NCBI GenBank assembly: GCA_963806875.1
Contig: CAWDYU010000002.1
Span: forward strand, 145,426 to 209,425
Length of the DNA: 64,000 nt
Reading direction: 5' to 3'
From: an uncultured Gemmatimonadales bacterium
GTDB lineage: Bacteria; Gemmatimonadota; Gemmatimonadetes; Gemmatimonadales; GWC2-71-9
Part shown: piece by piece, positions 1-9,528 of the stretch
How the letters are laid out: each line of letters opens with the position of its first letter
Position numbering within the stretch: position 1 is the stretch's first letter
Notes under the pieces: model-generated
The model's input: only the letters and a program-made list of their open reading frames with translations
Databases searched by the model: none
Told to the model about the DNA's origin: nothing
Translations under genes and position numbers: made by a program

Positions 1-234
1 CCGGGACGGCGGGGGGCGCCATCGATCAGGGATGGTCGATCACGCCCCCCGTTGCCCGCGCCCGCCGGTGCTGGTCGGGGCTCTCGCTGGCAGGGTGCCG
101 AAGTTCCCGCCGCAGGGCGGAACGGATAGCGGGACCGGACCGGCCCTCCGCCGCCGATCTTCGGCGCCGGCGCCCACCACCTACCGCGACAGGCCCCACT
201 CGACATCGAGTCGGGTCGCGCAGCAGAGACCTCC

Positions 235-1858
235 GTGAAGCGCGAGATCCTGATTTCCGGCACCCCGCGCGAGACGCGTGTTGCCATCCTCGAGGACGAC
301 CGTCTCGTCGAACTCCTCGTTGATCGACCCGACCAGCGGCGAACCGTAGGCGACGTCTACCTCGGCCGCGTCGAAGCTGTACTGCCTGGTATCCAGGCAG
401 CATTCGTGGATATCGGCCTCGAAAAGAGCGCCTTTCTTCACGCTTCGGACCTCCTCGAACCCGAGGATGACGACGATCCCGCCGACCACGAAGAAGTGGA
501 CGACGACGAGATCGCCGAAGCCGAAGAGGCCGCCGAGGAAGGTGCGATCGCCCCGGTGGCCAAGCGCCGCGGTGAGGGCGGCCGACGTGAGGTTGGTGCT
601 CGCCGGGCCATCCCCGACATCTCCGAGATCCTCAAGAAGGGTCAGACGATCCCGGTGCAGGTCACCAAGGAACCGATCTCGACGAAGGGCTGCCGGGTCA
701 CCGCGCAGATCTCGCTCGCCGGGCGCTTCCTGGTGTACATGCCGTACGCATCGAAGGTCGGGATCTCGCGCAAGATCGAAAGCCGTGAGCACCGCAGCCA
801 AGCTGCGTGAGATGGTATCGCGGCTGCTGCCTTCCGATGCTGGCGGCCTGATCGTCCGCACAGTTGCAGAAGGCGTCACCGAGGATCACTTCAGGCGCGA
901 GATCGCCACGCTCGTCGACACCTGGAGCAAGGTGAAGCGCAAGCAGGGGCAGGGGCGCCGAGCGCCGGCGCTGCTCCACCGCGAAGCGTCACTCACCCGA
1001 TCCCTCATCCGGGATGTCTTTTCGGACAAGGTCGACGCCCTCTGGGTTGACTCGAAAGAATTGCACCACGAAATCTGCCAGTACCTGGAGATGATCGATC
1101 CCGAGTTGATCGAGCGGGTGCACTTCTACGGCGACGCCGCGCCGCTGTTTGACACATTCCGCGTCGAGCAGGAGCTTCGCGACCTCTTCAAGCCGCGGGT
1201 CGACCTGCCGACCGGCGGTTACGTCATCATCCAGCCGACCGAGGCGCTGGTGTCGATCGACGTGAACACGGGCCGCTACACCGGCAAGCGGGACCCCGAG
1301 AAGACCATCCTGCGCACCAACGTCGAGGCCGCCCGGGAGATCGCCCGGCAGATCCGGCTTCGCGATGTCGGCGGCATCATCGTCTGCGACTTCATCGACA
1401 TGGAATCGAAGGGGAACCGCGACCGGGTCCTGCAGGAGCTCCGCACCCATCTCGGCCGCGATCGGGCGCGCACCCGCGCCTTCGCCGTCTCCGAGCTCGG
1501 CCTGATCGAGATGACCCGCCAGCGGGTGCGGCCATCGCTGTGGGCGTCGATGACCCGCGAGTGCGGTACCTGTCACGGCACCGGCCGGGTGTTCTCGCCC
1601 GAGGTGGTTTCGCGCCGGCTCGAGCGGGCCCTGACGCGGGCCGCCATGGAGAAGAAGGAGCGCCGCCTCGCGATTCGGCTCCACCCCGACGTGGCGCTCT
1701 ACCTGATGGAAGAGGAACCGAAGCTGGTGGCGATGCTCGGACGCCAGGGCAGTATCGAACTGGAGGTGCGCGACGATCCGATGCTCCGGCTCGACGAGTT
1801 CCGCCTGATGAGCCGCCCCGCTGGCCGCGACGTGACCGAACTGTATGCAGTGGCGTAG
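235..1858 (+). CDS. rng: Ribonuclease G/E-family endoribonuclease. The frame is broken by an apparent 1-nt insertion near 790-800: the frame of 235 stops at 810 and homology continues in the frame of ORF 467..1858.
   Basis: S1 region GDVYLGRVEAVLPGIQAAFVDIGLEKSAFLHASD. Core motifs SIDVNTGRYTG and RLRDVGGIIVCDFIDM, and Zn-link CGTCHGTG. Co-linear with E. coli RNase G as recalled. GTG start at 235. Confidence 0.85.
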
Positions 1859-1866
1859 GTTGGCCC

Positions 1867-1897
1867 TTGTCTCTGGCCGGACCCGGCACTATTCTTG
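1867..1897 (+). promoter_or_regulatory. Candidate promoter for rplU-rpmA (TTG-N20-TATTCTTG)
   Basis: TTG at 1867-1869, a 20-nt spacer, then the AT-rich octamer TATTCTTG at 1890-1897, 38 nt upstream of the rplU ATG. Part of a motif that recurs across the window. Confidence 0.35.
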
Positions 1898-1934
1898 GGG
1901 GCTGTAGTCCATGGACCACGACCAGAAGGGCACT

Positions 1935-2252
1935 ATGTACGCGATTTTCAAGGCACTCGGGAAGCAGTTCCGCGCCGTCAAGGGCGGTTCGATTCGGCTG
2001 CCCTACCAGGAAAAGGCCGTTGCCGGCGACAAGCTGACCTTCGACGAGGTCCTGCTGACGTCGAGCGGCGATGCCATCAAGACGGGCGCCCCGATGGTAT
2101 CGGGCGCGTCGGTGATGGCCGAGGTCGTGGGGCATGGCAAGGAAGACAAGATCTATGTGTTCAAGTTCAAGCGCCGGAAGGGCTACCGACGCAAGACCGG
2201 GCATCGGCAGAAGTACACCGAAGTCCGCATCACCGACGTTGTTCTCGGATAG
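1935..2252 (+). CDS. rplU: 50S ribosomal protein L21
   Basis: [12 protein letters not shown]... and [16 protein letters not shown] are typical L21. Lies immediately upstream of rpmA. Internal ATG at 1935 preferred over the ORF start at 1911. Confidence 0.93.
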   Translation: MYAIFKALGKQFRAVKGGSIRLPYQEKAVAGDKLTFDEVLLTSSGDAIKTGAPMVSGASVMAEVVGHGKEDKIYVFKFKRRKGYRRKTGHRQKYTEVRITDVVLG

Positions 2253-2260
2253 GATGAATC

Positions 2261-2530
2261 ATGGCACATAAAAAGGGCGTCGGCTCCAGCCGCAACGGTC
2301 GCGATTCCAATCCGCAATACCTCGGCGTCAAGCACTTCGGTGGCGAGCGGGTCACGGCGGGCAGCATCCTGGTGAAGCAGCGCGGCACGAAGTTCCATCC
2401 GGGCCGCAATGTCTTCCGCGCCAAGGATGACTCGCTGCACACCTACATCGACGGCGTGGTGAAGTTCGAGCGCAAGGATCGCGATCGCCTCCGCATCTCG
2501 GTGTATCCGCAGGACGCAATCGCCAGCTGA
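2261..2530 (+). CDS. rpmA: 50S ribosomal protein L27
   Basis: [24 protein letters not shown]... and [15 protein letters not shown] are a canonical L27 N-terminus. Confidence 0.96.
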   Translation: MAHKKGVGSSRNGRDSNPQYLGVKHFGGERVTAGSILVKQRGTKFHPGRNVFRAKDDSLHTYIDGVVKFERKDRDRLRISVYPQDAIAS

Positions 2531-2553
2531 GGTCGATCGGCTGAAGAGTGTCA

Positions 2554-2582
2554 AAAGGGGCGCCGCATTGCGGTGCCCCTTT
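2554..2582. terminator. Bidirectional intrinsic terminator between convergent rpmA and the phosphodiesterase gene
   Basis: aaaggggcgccgc-att-gcggtgccccttt forms a ~12-13 bp GC-rich stem. It is flanked by a T-run on the + strand (tttgtgt) and on the - strand (ttttgac). Confidence 0.65.
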
Positions 2583-2606
2583 GTGTATCCGCCAACCGGG
2601 CGCCAC

Positions 2607-3335
2607 TCACGGTACAGGCGCGCGCAGCCGCTCCGGCCAGTTGCCGCACAGGCCGGCCACACCAAGCGCGGCGAGGCGTTCAGCGTCGCGTCGCGTGTTG
2701 ACCGTCCAGGCGATCACCCGACCACCAGCACCATGCACCGCCTGCAGCAGCGCCGCGTCGATCAGGTGGTGCTCCTGCCAGAGCGTGTTCGCGCCGGTAT
2801 CGCGTAGCGCCGACGCAGGATCGAGCGGATACGACGCCGACAACACGCCCAGCGACAGGTCGCCCCGCCGCGCGGCCAGCCGGGCGATGATGCGATGGTC
2901 AAATGCATGGACGTGCAGGTTCCCTGGCACCGGACTGCTGGCGATCACCTCGAGCAGTGCGTCGTCGGCGTCCTCGGGAAGTGACTTCGCCTCGATGAAG
3001 ATCTGGGTCGCCGCCCCGTAGCGCGCGACCACGGCGTCCAGGAGCGGCGGGGGCGAGTCATCCGCGAGGGCGGCGTCGAGCACCTGCTCGCGCGACGCCC
3101 CGGCGATCACGAGGCCACCGCGCAGCACCGCGTCATGATGGACGACCAGTGCGCCATCCCGGGTCGCGTGCACATCGATCTCCACCCCGTCGGACCCCAT
3201 GTCCACGGCGAGCCCGATTGCGCGCCACGAGTTCTCGACCGCATGACCCGAAGCTCCACGGTGGCCGATGACAAGCGGGGGCGGTGTCGCGACATTGCGC
3301 ACAGGGTACTCCTCGGGGTTCGGGTCGAATGCCAT
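2607..3335 (-). CDS. Glycerophosphodiester phosphodiesterase (GDPD family)
   Basis: VIGHRGASGHAVENSWRAIGLAVDMGSDGVEIDVHATRDGALVVHHD is the GDPD catalytic N-terminal motif. Only the C-terminal 242 codons of ORF 2607..4031 look coding. Start at ATG 3335 (alternative 3350). Confidence 0.8.
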   Translation of the reverse strand: MAFDPNPEEYPVRNVATPPPLVIGHRGASGHAVENSWRAIGLAVDMGSDGVEIDVHATRDGALVVHHDAVLRGGLVIAGASREQVLDAALADDSPPPLLDAVVARYGAATQIFIEAKSLPEDADDALLEVIASSPVPGNLHVHAFDHRIIARLAARRGDLSLGVLSASYPLDPASALRDTGANTLWQEHHLIDAALLQAVHGAGGRVIAWTVNTRRDAERLAALGVAGLCGNWPERLRAPVP

Positions 3336-3345
3336 CCCGCGCCTT

Positions 3346-3368
3346 AACATCTTCAGTCGTCCCGCGTC
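3346..3368 (+). promoter_or_regulatory. Possible ECF-type autoregulated promoter (AAC-N16-CGTC)
   Basis: ttAAC (3346-3348), a 16-nt spacer, then CGTCt (3365-3368), just upstream of the ECF sigma ATG at 3378. It sits so close to the ATG that the gggag RBS would be excluded from the transcript, so the call is uncertain. Confidence 0.25.
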
Positions 3369-3377
3369 TGGGGAGCA

Positions 3378-3923
3378 ATGGCAGCCATCGCCTTCGATCT
3401 CACTTCCGACGAGGATCTCGTCGCTGCATGGCGTCGGGGCGACGAACTCGCGGCATCGGAGCTCGTGCACCGGCACGCGCCGCCGCTCGGACGCTACCTC
3501 GTCGCGCTCGGCGCCGCCAGCAGCGAGGTGGAGGACATTCTCCAGGACGCGTTCTTCCGGGCGTTCCGCCGGGTCGACAGCTGGACGGGACGGGGCAGTT
3601 TCAGGGGCTGGCTTTTCCGGATCGGCGCAAATGTGCTCCGCGACAGGTTCCGCCAGGGCAAGGGACGCACGGTGCTCTCCCTGGACGGGCATGATGTGGC
3701 TCACCACGCAGACCCCGCGGCCGAGCTTGCCGCCTCCGATATCGAGGGCCGCCTGGGCGCCGCTCTGCAGCGCCTTCCGCCGATGCAGCGCGCCGTCTTT
3801 CTCCTCCGGGCGCAGCAGGGCATGGACTACGATGAGGCGGCACGCGCCGCGGGAACGACACCGGGCGCCGCGCGCGTCCATTACCACCACGCAGTGCGAC
3901 AGCTCAAGGAGTGGATCCTGTGA
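3378..3923 (+). CDS. ECF (group IV) RNA polymerase sigma factor
   Basis: Region 2 motifs (DILQDAFFRAF, FRGWLFRIGANVLRDRFR) and region 4 HTH (LPPMQRAVFLLRAQQGMDYDEAARAAGTTPGAARVHYHHAVRQL). Confidence 0.9.
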   Translation: MAAIAFDLTSDEDLVAAWRRGDELAASELVHRHAPPLGRYLVALGAASSEVEDILQDAFFRAFRRVDSWTGRGSFRGWLFRIGANVLRDRFRQGKGRTVLSLDGHDVAHHADPAAELAASDIEGRLGAALQRLPPMQRAVFLLRAQQGMDYDEAARAAGTTPGAARVHYHHAVRQLKEWIL

Positions 3924-4435
3924 ACAATTGCGAACGCCTGCTCGATGCGATGCCCGATGTGGCCGCCCGTCGGACGACGTGGAGTGATCACGATGCCGCC
4001 CACATCTCGGATTGCGCCGAGTGTGGCGCAAGCTGGACCATCATCGCGGCAGCGGGTTCGGTTGGCACGGGCACGACGATCGATGTCAGCCTCGTCGCGA
4101 CAACGCTGCAGCGCCGACTGCACGCCGCGCCCGTCGCCGCACCGTTGAATCGCTGGAGCCGGATCGCCCTCGGTGCCGCGGCGGCTGCGCTCATCGGAGT
4201 TGGGCTGTCGTCGTCCTTTGCGGGCAACGTCGCGCCGCGAGATGATGCTGCCGCCATCGAGACGGCGGTGATGTTCCCGGAACTCGAGGCGCTCTCCGAG
4301 CCACAACTCGAGGTGATCCTCGCAACCGTCGCCGAGCCGGATTCGGTGATCGATGGCGGCGCCGGGCTCCCCCGCCTGGGCGACCTGAATGACGCGCAAC
4401 TCGAAGAACTGATTCTTTCCGTGGAGGGTGAGTGA
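3911..4435 (+). CDS. Putative zinc-binding anti-sigma factor (ZAS type, single transmembrane helix)
   Basis: Overlaps the sigma gene stop. Has the H-x3-C-x2-C motif (HISDCAEC) and one hydrophobic helix (IALGAAAAALIGVGL) followed by a periplasmic tail. Confidence 0.65.
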   Translation: MDPVNNCERLLDAMPDVAARRTTWSDHDAAHISDCAECGASWTIIAAAGSVGTGTTIDVSLVATTLQRRLHAAPVAAPLNRWSRIALGAAAAALIGVGLSSSFAGNVAPRDDAAAIETAVMFPELEALSEPQLEVILATVAEPDSVIDGGAGLPRLGDLNDAQLEELILSVEGE

Positions 4436-4932
4436 TGCGAACGACTTTCTGCGCGCTGGTGCTGCTCTCGGTTGGCGCCCTGCCGGCATTGGCACAGCAG
4501 CAGCCCCCACGCGTCAACCAGCGGGCACCGATGCTGCGGGCGCGCGTCGAAGAAGCCTTCATCAAGCGTGCCCGTCAGGAGATGGCGCTCAGCGATGACC
4601 AGGCAGCGCGGCTGGGACGAGTGCTCGAGTCGTCCGGCAGCCGGCGTGCCGACCTCGACGAAGCCGACCGCCGGGCGCGGCTGGCGCTGATGGCGCAGCT
4701 CCGTCCGGGCATCGCTGCGAACGCGGATAGCGTCGCCAGGCTCGTCGACGCGATAACCTCGAACCGGGTCGCCCACGCGGAAACCTTCCGCGGGGAGATG
4801 CGGGAGCTCAGCGACATCCTCTCGCCCGTCCAGCGGGGGCAGTTCCTGCTGCTCCGCGACCGCATGCTGAATCAGGTCCGCACCATGCTGAACAACCCGG
4901 AGGCTGCTGGCGGACGCACCCGGGTGCCCTGA
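4432..4932 (+). CDS. Periplasmic Spy/CpxP-family (LTXXQ-motif) protein
   Basis: Signal peptide MMRTTFCALVLLSVGALPALAQQ. Two LTXXQ-like motifs (LSDDQ, LSPVQ) in a helical, Arg/Glu-rich protein. 4-nt overlap with the anti-sigma gene. Confidence 0.6.
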   Translation: MMRTTFCALVLLSVGALPALAQQQPPRVNQRAPMLRARVEEAFIKRARQEMALSDDQAARLGRVLESSGSRRADLDEADRRARLALMAQLRPGIAANADSVARLVDAITSNRVAHAETFRGEMRELSDILSPVQRGQFLLLRDRMLNQVRTMLNNPEAAGGRTRVP

Positions 4933-5047
4933 CCCCGATGGCGACGTAAGTCTCCGTGGTACCGGGTGCGGGCTGGACAAGCTCGCACCCCGCCTGCGCT
5001 TGCCGGAGCGGCTCGGGGCGCCCATTCTTCCGCGCGACAGCCTACCC

Positions 5048-5131
5048 GCCGGGGTGGCGAAACTGGTAGACGCGAACGACTCAAAATCGTTTGCCGGCAA
5101 CGGCTTGCGGGTTCGAATCCCGCCCTCGGCA
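5048..5131 (+). tRNA. tRNA-Leu (anticodon CAA), type II with a long variable arm
   Basis: Manual cloverleaf. Acceptor stem GCCGGGG/CCTCGGC. Anticodon stem-loop aacga-CTCAAAA-tcgtt. 15-nt variable arm. T-arm gcggg-TTCGAAT-cccgc. Discriminator A. No encoded CCA. Confidence 0.9.
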
Positions 5132-5198
5132 TTGCTGGCGCGGCCCTCACGGCGCGACCCTCGTGAGGCTTGAACTCTCTCATCACACCGGGACTGCC

Positions 5199-6675
5199 AT
5201 GGGGCTCTCCGTCGTTTGTCGTTCGAAACAGCTCGCGGACATCGAGACGCCACTCCTCATCATTCCGGTGCCAAAAGGTTCCATGCCCGCGGGGCTGGCA
5301 TCGCTCGATGATGCACTGTGGTGGTGCGCTGGCACGATGCTGGACGTCGGGTGACTTCGGCGGCAAGAAGAACGAGACCTCGCTCATCTATCCGGCGGGC
5401 AAGGTGCAGCGCATCCTCCTCGTCGGTCTCGACGCAGAGCCCGACGCCGGCGCGGTTCGACGCGCGGCGATGATCGGCGGGAAGCGCGCCCGCACCTTGT
5501 GCGTGCCGTCGGCAACGATTTTCTGGATGAGCGAGAACTCCAACCTCCCGGCTGAACGCGCCGGCCAGGCCCTGGCCGAAGGCCTGCCGTACGGTGCGTG
5601 GCATTATCCCGACCTGAAGCGACCCCAGGAAGACCCCAAGCCGCCGTTCGAGCATGCCGAGATCATCACGGCCGACGCCGACAAGGCGTTCAGCCGCGGT
5701 GTCGAGCGCGGCAATGGCATCGGCGCCGGTCAGGCGTACACGCGCCGTCTCCAGATGCTCCCCGGGAACACCTGCACTCCCGAGTACCTCGGCGATCGTG
5801 CGCGCGAACTGGCCGATCGGCACGGCTTCACCGTCACGGTGATGGATCGCGCTGCGATCGAGGCCGAGGGGATGCACGCCCTGATCGCGGTCGGGCAGGG
5901 CAGCGCGAATGAGCCACGCTTCATCGTGCTCGAATACAAGGGCAGCGCGGATGCTCCGATGGTGCTGGTCGGCAAGGGCGTGACGTTCGATACCGGCGGG
6001 ATCTCGATCAAGCCGGCGCCGTCGATGGAAGACATGAAGTACGACATGTCGGGCGCAGCCGCCGTGCTCGGAACCTTCGAAATGCTCGGCCACCTGAAGC
6101 CGAACCTGCATGTGATCGGGCTGGTACCGTCGGCGGAGAACATGCCGTCGAGTACCGCGTACAAACCGGGCGACGTGGTGAACTCCCATTTTGGCAAGAC
6201 GATCGAGGTCCAGAACACCGACGCCGAAGGTCGGCTGATTCTCTGCGACGCACTTTCGTGGGCGCGTCGGCTGAAGCCGGCTGCGGTCGTGGACTGCGCC
6301 ACGCTCACCGGCGCGGTCGTGATCGGGCTGGGACATTCCGCCACGGCGGTGATGGGAACGGACGACGCACTCATCGCGTCGCTCATCGAGGCCGGTGAGA
6401 CGGCCGGCGAGCGCCTCTGGGAGTTGCCGCTCTGGGACGACTACCGCGACCTGATCAAGTCGGATATCGCCGACGTCAAGAACACCGGCGGCCGGCCGGC
6501 CGGGAGCATCACCGCCGGTTGGTTCCTTCGCGAGTTCGTCGAGGGGTATCCGTGGGCGCACCTCGATATCGCGGGCACCGCGTACACCGACCGCGAGACA
6601 CCGACGCAGGTCCGCGGACCGACGGGTGTGCTGGTACGCCTCTTTTCCGAGTTCCTGCTCGCCCGCAGCGCCTGA
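5199..6675 (+). CDS. pepA: Leucyl aminopeptidase (M17, PepA). The N-terminal ~40 codons are in a different frame, with an apparent 1-nt insertion at about 5319.
   Basis: M17 signature NTDAEGRLILCDAL and VGKGVTFDTGGISIKP. N-terminal domain MGLSVV...LDDAL (frame of 5199) continues as GGALAR..GDFGGKKNE in the frame of ORF 5170..6675. Confidence 0.85.
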
Positions 6676-6677
6676 TC

Positions 6678-8561
6678 ATGCGATGGCCCGGCGCCTCATT
6701 CGCGCTGGTCGCGTTGTCGTGCATCGTATCCGGCGTTTCCGCGCAGGATCGTCTGCCCCCCGCGGATTCAGCGCGGACCGATACCCTGCGCACCACGCCC
6801 GACACGATGTCATCGACCGATCGCCTGCTGGAGGTCGAAGGGCAGCGTCGCGTGCAACTCACCCCCATGCCGTCAGTGGGCATCGACGGATTGCTTCCCG
6901 CCACGTCGCGGATCGTCCTCACTCGCGACTCGATCGACTGGGCAGCCGCGCGTACGCTGGGCGATTTGCTCGACCGGGTTCCGGGCGTCTTCATGTGGCG
7001 CGGCGGATGGCTCGGACGCGTCGAGCAACCCAACCTGCTTGGTCGGGGCGCCTCCTCGGTTGAGTACTACCTCGACGGCATGCCGTACCTGCCGCTCGGT
7101 CCGGACAGCGTCACGGTCGATGCATCATTGCCCGCGCTGTCACTGCTCGAGCGCGTCGAGGTCGAGCGGTCCCCGGTCGGCCTGGTGGTGCATCTCTTCA
7201 CGCGCCGCCACGACCGGCAGGCCCCCCGGACACGCATCGGTGTATCGTCGGGCGATCGGGCGCTCGCGACCTACCTCGCCACGTTCGAGCGCCGCTATCC
7301 GAGTGGCATCGGGCTGAGCGTGGGCGCGGAATACTTTGGCGTCAACGCACCGCAGGGCGGCAGTGGCGGCGCAAACGTCACCAATGGGTGGGTACAGTTC
7401 GGCTGGATTCCGTCACCCCGGTTCGGCGTGCAGGTACAGGGCGTGATCACGGCGGCGGACCGCGACAGCCTCTCTGGCGGGAGCGACGAAACAACCGTCA
7501 ATTTGTTGAGCCCGGCGATCCGGGGTACGCGGTCCGACATCCAGTTGCGCGCGATGTGGCGAGCGCGTGACGACGGAACGGGACCGGGCGCCGACGGATT
7601 CATCGGACGGGCTCGGTGGAACAGCACCGACGATCCGGTGTTGATCCCGGGCGACGGCGCCGGCGTCCCCGATTCGGTCGTCACACCCCCGTCGCACGAC
7701 ATCGGCATCTTCGGCGCGACGATCGCGTGGCGCGAGCCCACCTGGTCGGCCACGATGCGCGCGTTTCACCTGACCGAATGGACGCCGCTCGACGCTCGCA
7801 TGTCTGTCGGATGGAGTCCGCACGCGCGGGTCACGGGTGCGATCGACCATGTCGTGCAGCAGCATGAGCACGAACGCAGCAGCGGCTGGACCACGGCGCG
7901 GCTCGGCGTCATCGTGCCCCTGCTGCAGGTGTCGATAACCGGGACGGTGGCGGCGGGGCATCGCGTTGCATCTCCGATGATCGCGGACGACCCCGAGCAG
8001 CGATTCACCGACCTGCAGGTGACCGCCGCGTTCGAACGCAGTCGGCTCGGCCTCGAGGCGAGTTGGCTGCGCACCGATGGATGGCAGCCACGAGCCTTTT
8101 CGCAGTTCCTCGCCGTGCCCTCGCTCGCTCCGGTGGGTGAGGTGGAGTGGGCGGTCGCGCGGGCCCGCGTGGCGCCGCTGCGCTGGCTGACGCTCGAGTC
8201 GCGCTATGAACATCCGATCCGGCTCGGCAGCCCCGATGGAGCACCACCGCACCACGCGCTCACCAGCGCCACCGTGCGCTCCAAGTTCCTCCGGAATTTT
8301 CCGTCCGGAATCTTCGACCTCAAGGCCCAGATGCTGGTGGAGAGCTGGAGCCCCGGGGTCGTGGGCCGCGACGCCACCGGGGAGCCGATCTCGATGCCCG
8401 GGAGGACCTTCATCCGTGGAATCCTGCAGCTCCAGATCGGGCCATTCATCGCGTACTACGACCGGGTGAACTTCCAGGCCAATCGTGCCGGCAACATCCC
8501 GGGATACCCGTTCCCCACGGTGGCCTCCAGCTTCGGGGTTCGGTGGGAATTCGCCAATTGA
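6678..8561 (+). CDS. Outer-membrane beta-barrel protein with a TonB-dependent-receptor plug domain
   Basis: Signal peptide MRWPGASFALVALSCIVSGVSAQ. Plug-like segment (LGDLLDRVPGVFMWRGG..., VEYYLDGMPY, LERVEVERSP). Long Gly/aromatic-rich beta-strand region. ATG 6678 lies just after the pepA stop. Confidence 0.6.
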   Translation: MRWPGASFALVALSCIVSGVSAQDRLPPADSARTDTLRTTPDTMSSTDRLLEVEGQRRVQLTPMPSVGIDGLLPATSRIVLTRDSIDWAAARTLGDLLDRVPGVFMWRGGWLGRVEQPNLLGRGASSVEYYLDGMPYLPLGPDSVTVDASLPALSLLERVEVERSPVGLVVHLFTRRHDRQAPRTRIGVSSGDRALATYLATFERRYPSGIGLSVGAEYFGVNAPQGGSGGANVTNGWVQFGWIPSPRFGVQVQGVITAADRDSLSGGSDETTVNLLSPAIRGTRSDIQLRAMWRARDDGTGPGADGFIGRARWNSTDDPVLIPGDGAGVPDSVVTPPSHDIGIFGATIAWREPTWSATMRAFHLTEWTPLDARMSVGWSPHARVTGAIDHVVQQHEHERSSGWTTARLGVIVPLLQVSITGTVAAGHRVASPMIADDPEQRFTDLQVTAAFERSRLGLEASWLRTDGWQPRAFSQFLAVPSLAPVGEVEWAVARARVAPLRWLTLESRYEHPIRLGSPDGAPPHHALTSATVRSKFLRNFPSGIFDLKAQMLVESWSPGVVGRDATGEPISMPGRTFIRGILQLQIGPFIAYYDRVNFQANRAGNIPGYPFPTVASSFGVRWEFAN

Positions 8562-8658
8562 GCCCGACGCGTGCGCGGTCGGCCCAGGGGGCCATTTCGG
8601 GCGCGTCCCTGCTATATTTCAGGGCTACCCACCGACCGGAGTTGTCGTGGTCCTGAGC

Positions 8659-9528
8659 ATGACCGGGTTCGGCGCGGCGGAGGGTGATATCGGCTCCCGC
8701 AGGGTGCGGGTCGAGATCCGGACGGTGAACCACCGGTACTTCAACCTCTCGATCCGCCTGCCCGGCGAGCTGGCGGCGCTCGAGGCCGAATGCCGCGAAG
8801 CGCTTCGCCGTGATTTCGAACGGGGGCATCTGTCGGTATCGGTGCGGTGGACCGAGGCTGCTGCCGCGGCGAACATCACCGACCAGGTCGATTGGGAACG
8901 CGCCGGTGAGATCGTGGCGATGCTTCGCGCTGTGCAGTCACGCTTCGCGCTCGCCGGGGATGTGACGGCAGAGATGGTGATGCGGCATCCCGATGCACTG
9001 CGTCGCACCGCCGACGAGGCGGTCGCCGAGGATGCCTGGGCGCAACTTGCACCAGTGGTTGCCGGGGCGGCATTGGAGTGTCGGACCGCTCGGCGTCGCG
9101 AAGGCGCCGTGCTGGCCGCCGACCTTGGCGCGAGGCTCGACGGGATTCACGCCGGCGCAGCGCTGGTCGCTGAGCAGATGGGCGGTCGCCTGGTGCGCGA
9201 GCGCGATCGGCTTCGCGCCAACGTCGAACAGCTGCTCGATGGCCGGTCAGTCGATGACCAGCGCCTGGCACACGAGCTCGCGATGATGGCCGACCGGGTC
9301 GATATCGCCGAGGAACTGGTGCGGCTGCACGCGCACCTGGCTGCGGCACGCGATGCCATCGGCCGGGGTGGTCCGGTCGGAAAATCGCTCGGTTTTCTCG
9401 CCCAGGAGATCGGCCGCGAGGTCAACACCATCGGTTCGAAGGCCAACGATGCAACGATCGCGCATCACGTGGTGGACATGAAGGGTGAGCTCGAGAAGTT
9501 TCGCGAGCAGCTGGAGAACGTCGAGTGA
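8659..9528 (+). CDS. yicC: YicC-family stress-induced protein
   Basis: MTGFGAAEG...EIRTVNHRYFNLSIRLP N-terminus and C-terminal EIGREVNTIGSKAND motif. Conserved yicC-gmk-rpoZ synteny. Confidence 0.85.
   Translation: MTGFGAAEGDIGSRRVRVEIRTVNHRYFNLSIRLPGELAALEAECREALRRDFERGHLSVSVRWTEAAAAANITDQVDWERAGEIVAMLRAVQSRFALAGDVTAEMVMRHPDALRRTADEAVAEDAWAQLAPVVAGAALECRTARRREGAVLAADLGARLDGIHAGAALVAEQMGGRLVRERDRLRANVEQLLDGRSVDDQRLAHELAMMADRVDIAEELVRLHAHLAAARDAIGRGGPVGKSLGFLAQEIGREVNTIGSKANDATIAHHVVDMKGELEKFREQLENVE

Noticed and set aside
1-234. A possible gene end or small ORF upstream of rng (ORF 32..238 on the + strand, ORF 26..403 on the - strand).
   Set aside because: The translations are Arg/Pro/Gly-rich with no recognisable motif in any frame, and the region is truncated by the window edge. 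It cannot be called coding or structured RNA from sequence alone.
5145-5168. A hairpin cctcacg-N10-cgtgagg downstream of tRNA-Leu as a terminator.
   Set aside because: The stem is only 7 bp with a 10-nt loop and has no U-tract. It is plausible but too weak to report as a feature.
5048-5198. tRNA-Leu as an anchor for an integrated genomic island or prophage.
   Set aside because: There is no integrase, no direct repeat of the tRNA 3' end, and no compositional shift. Both flanks are ordinary chromosomal genes (the ECF module and pepA).
5170-5320. The start of ORF 5170..6675 (MNSLITPGLPWGSPSF...) as the PepA N-terminus.
   Set aside because: The sequence is not PepA-like. The genuine N-terminal domain (MGLSVVCRSKQLADIETPLLIIPVPKG...LDDAL) is in the adjacent frame from ATG 5199 and joins after a 1-nt shift near 5319.
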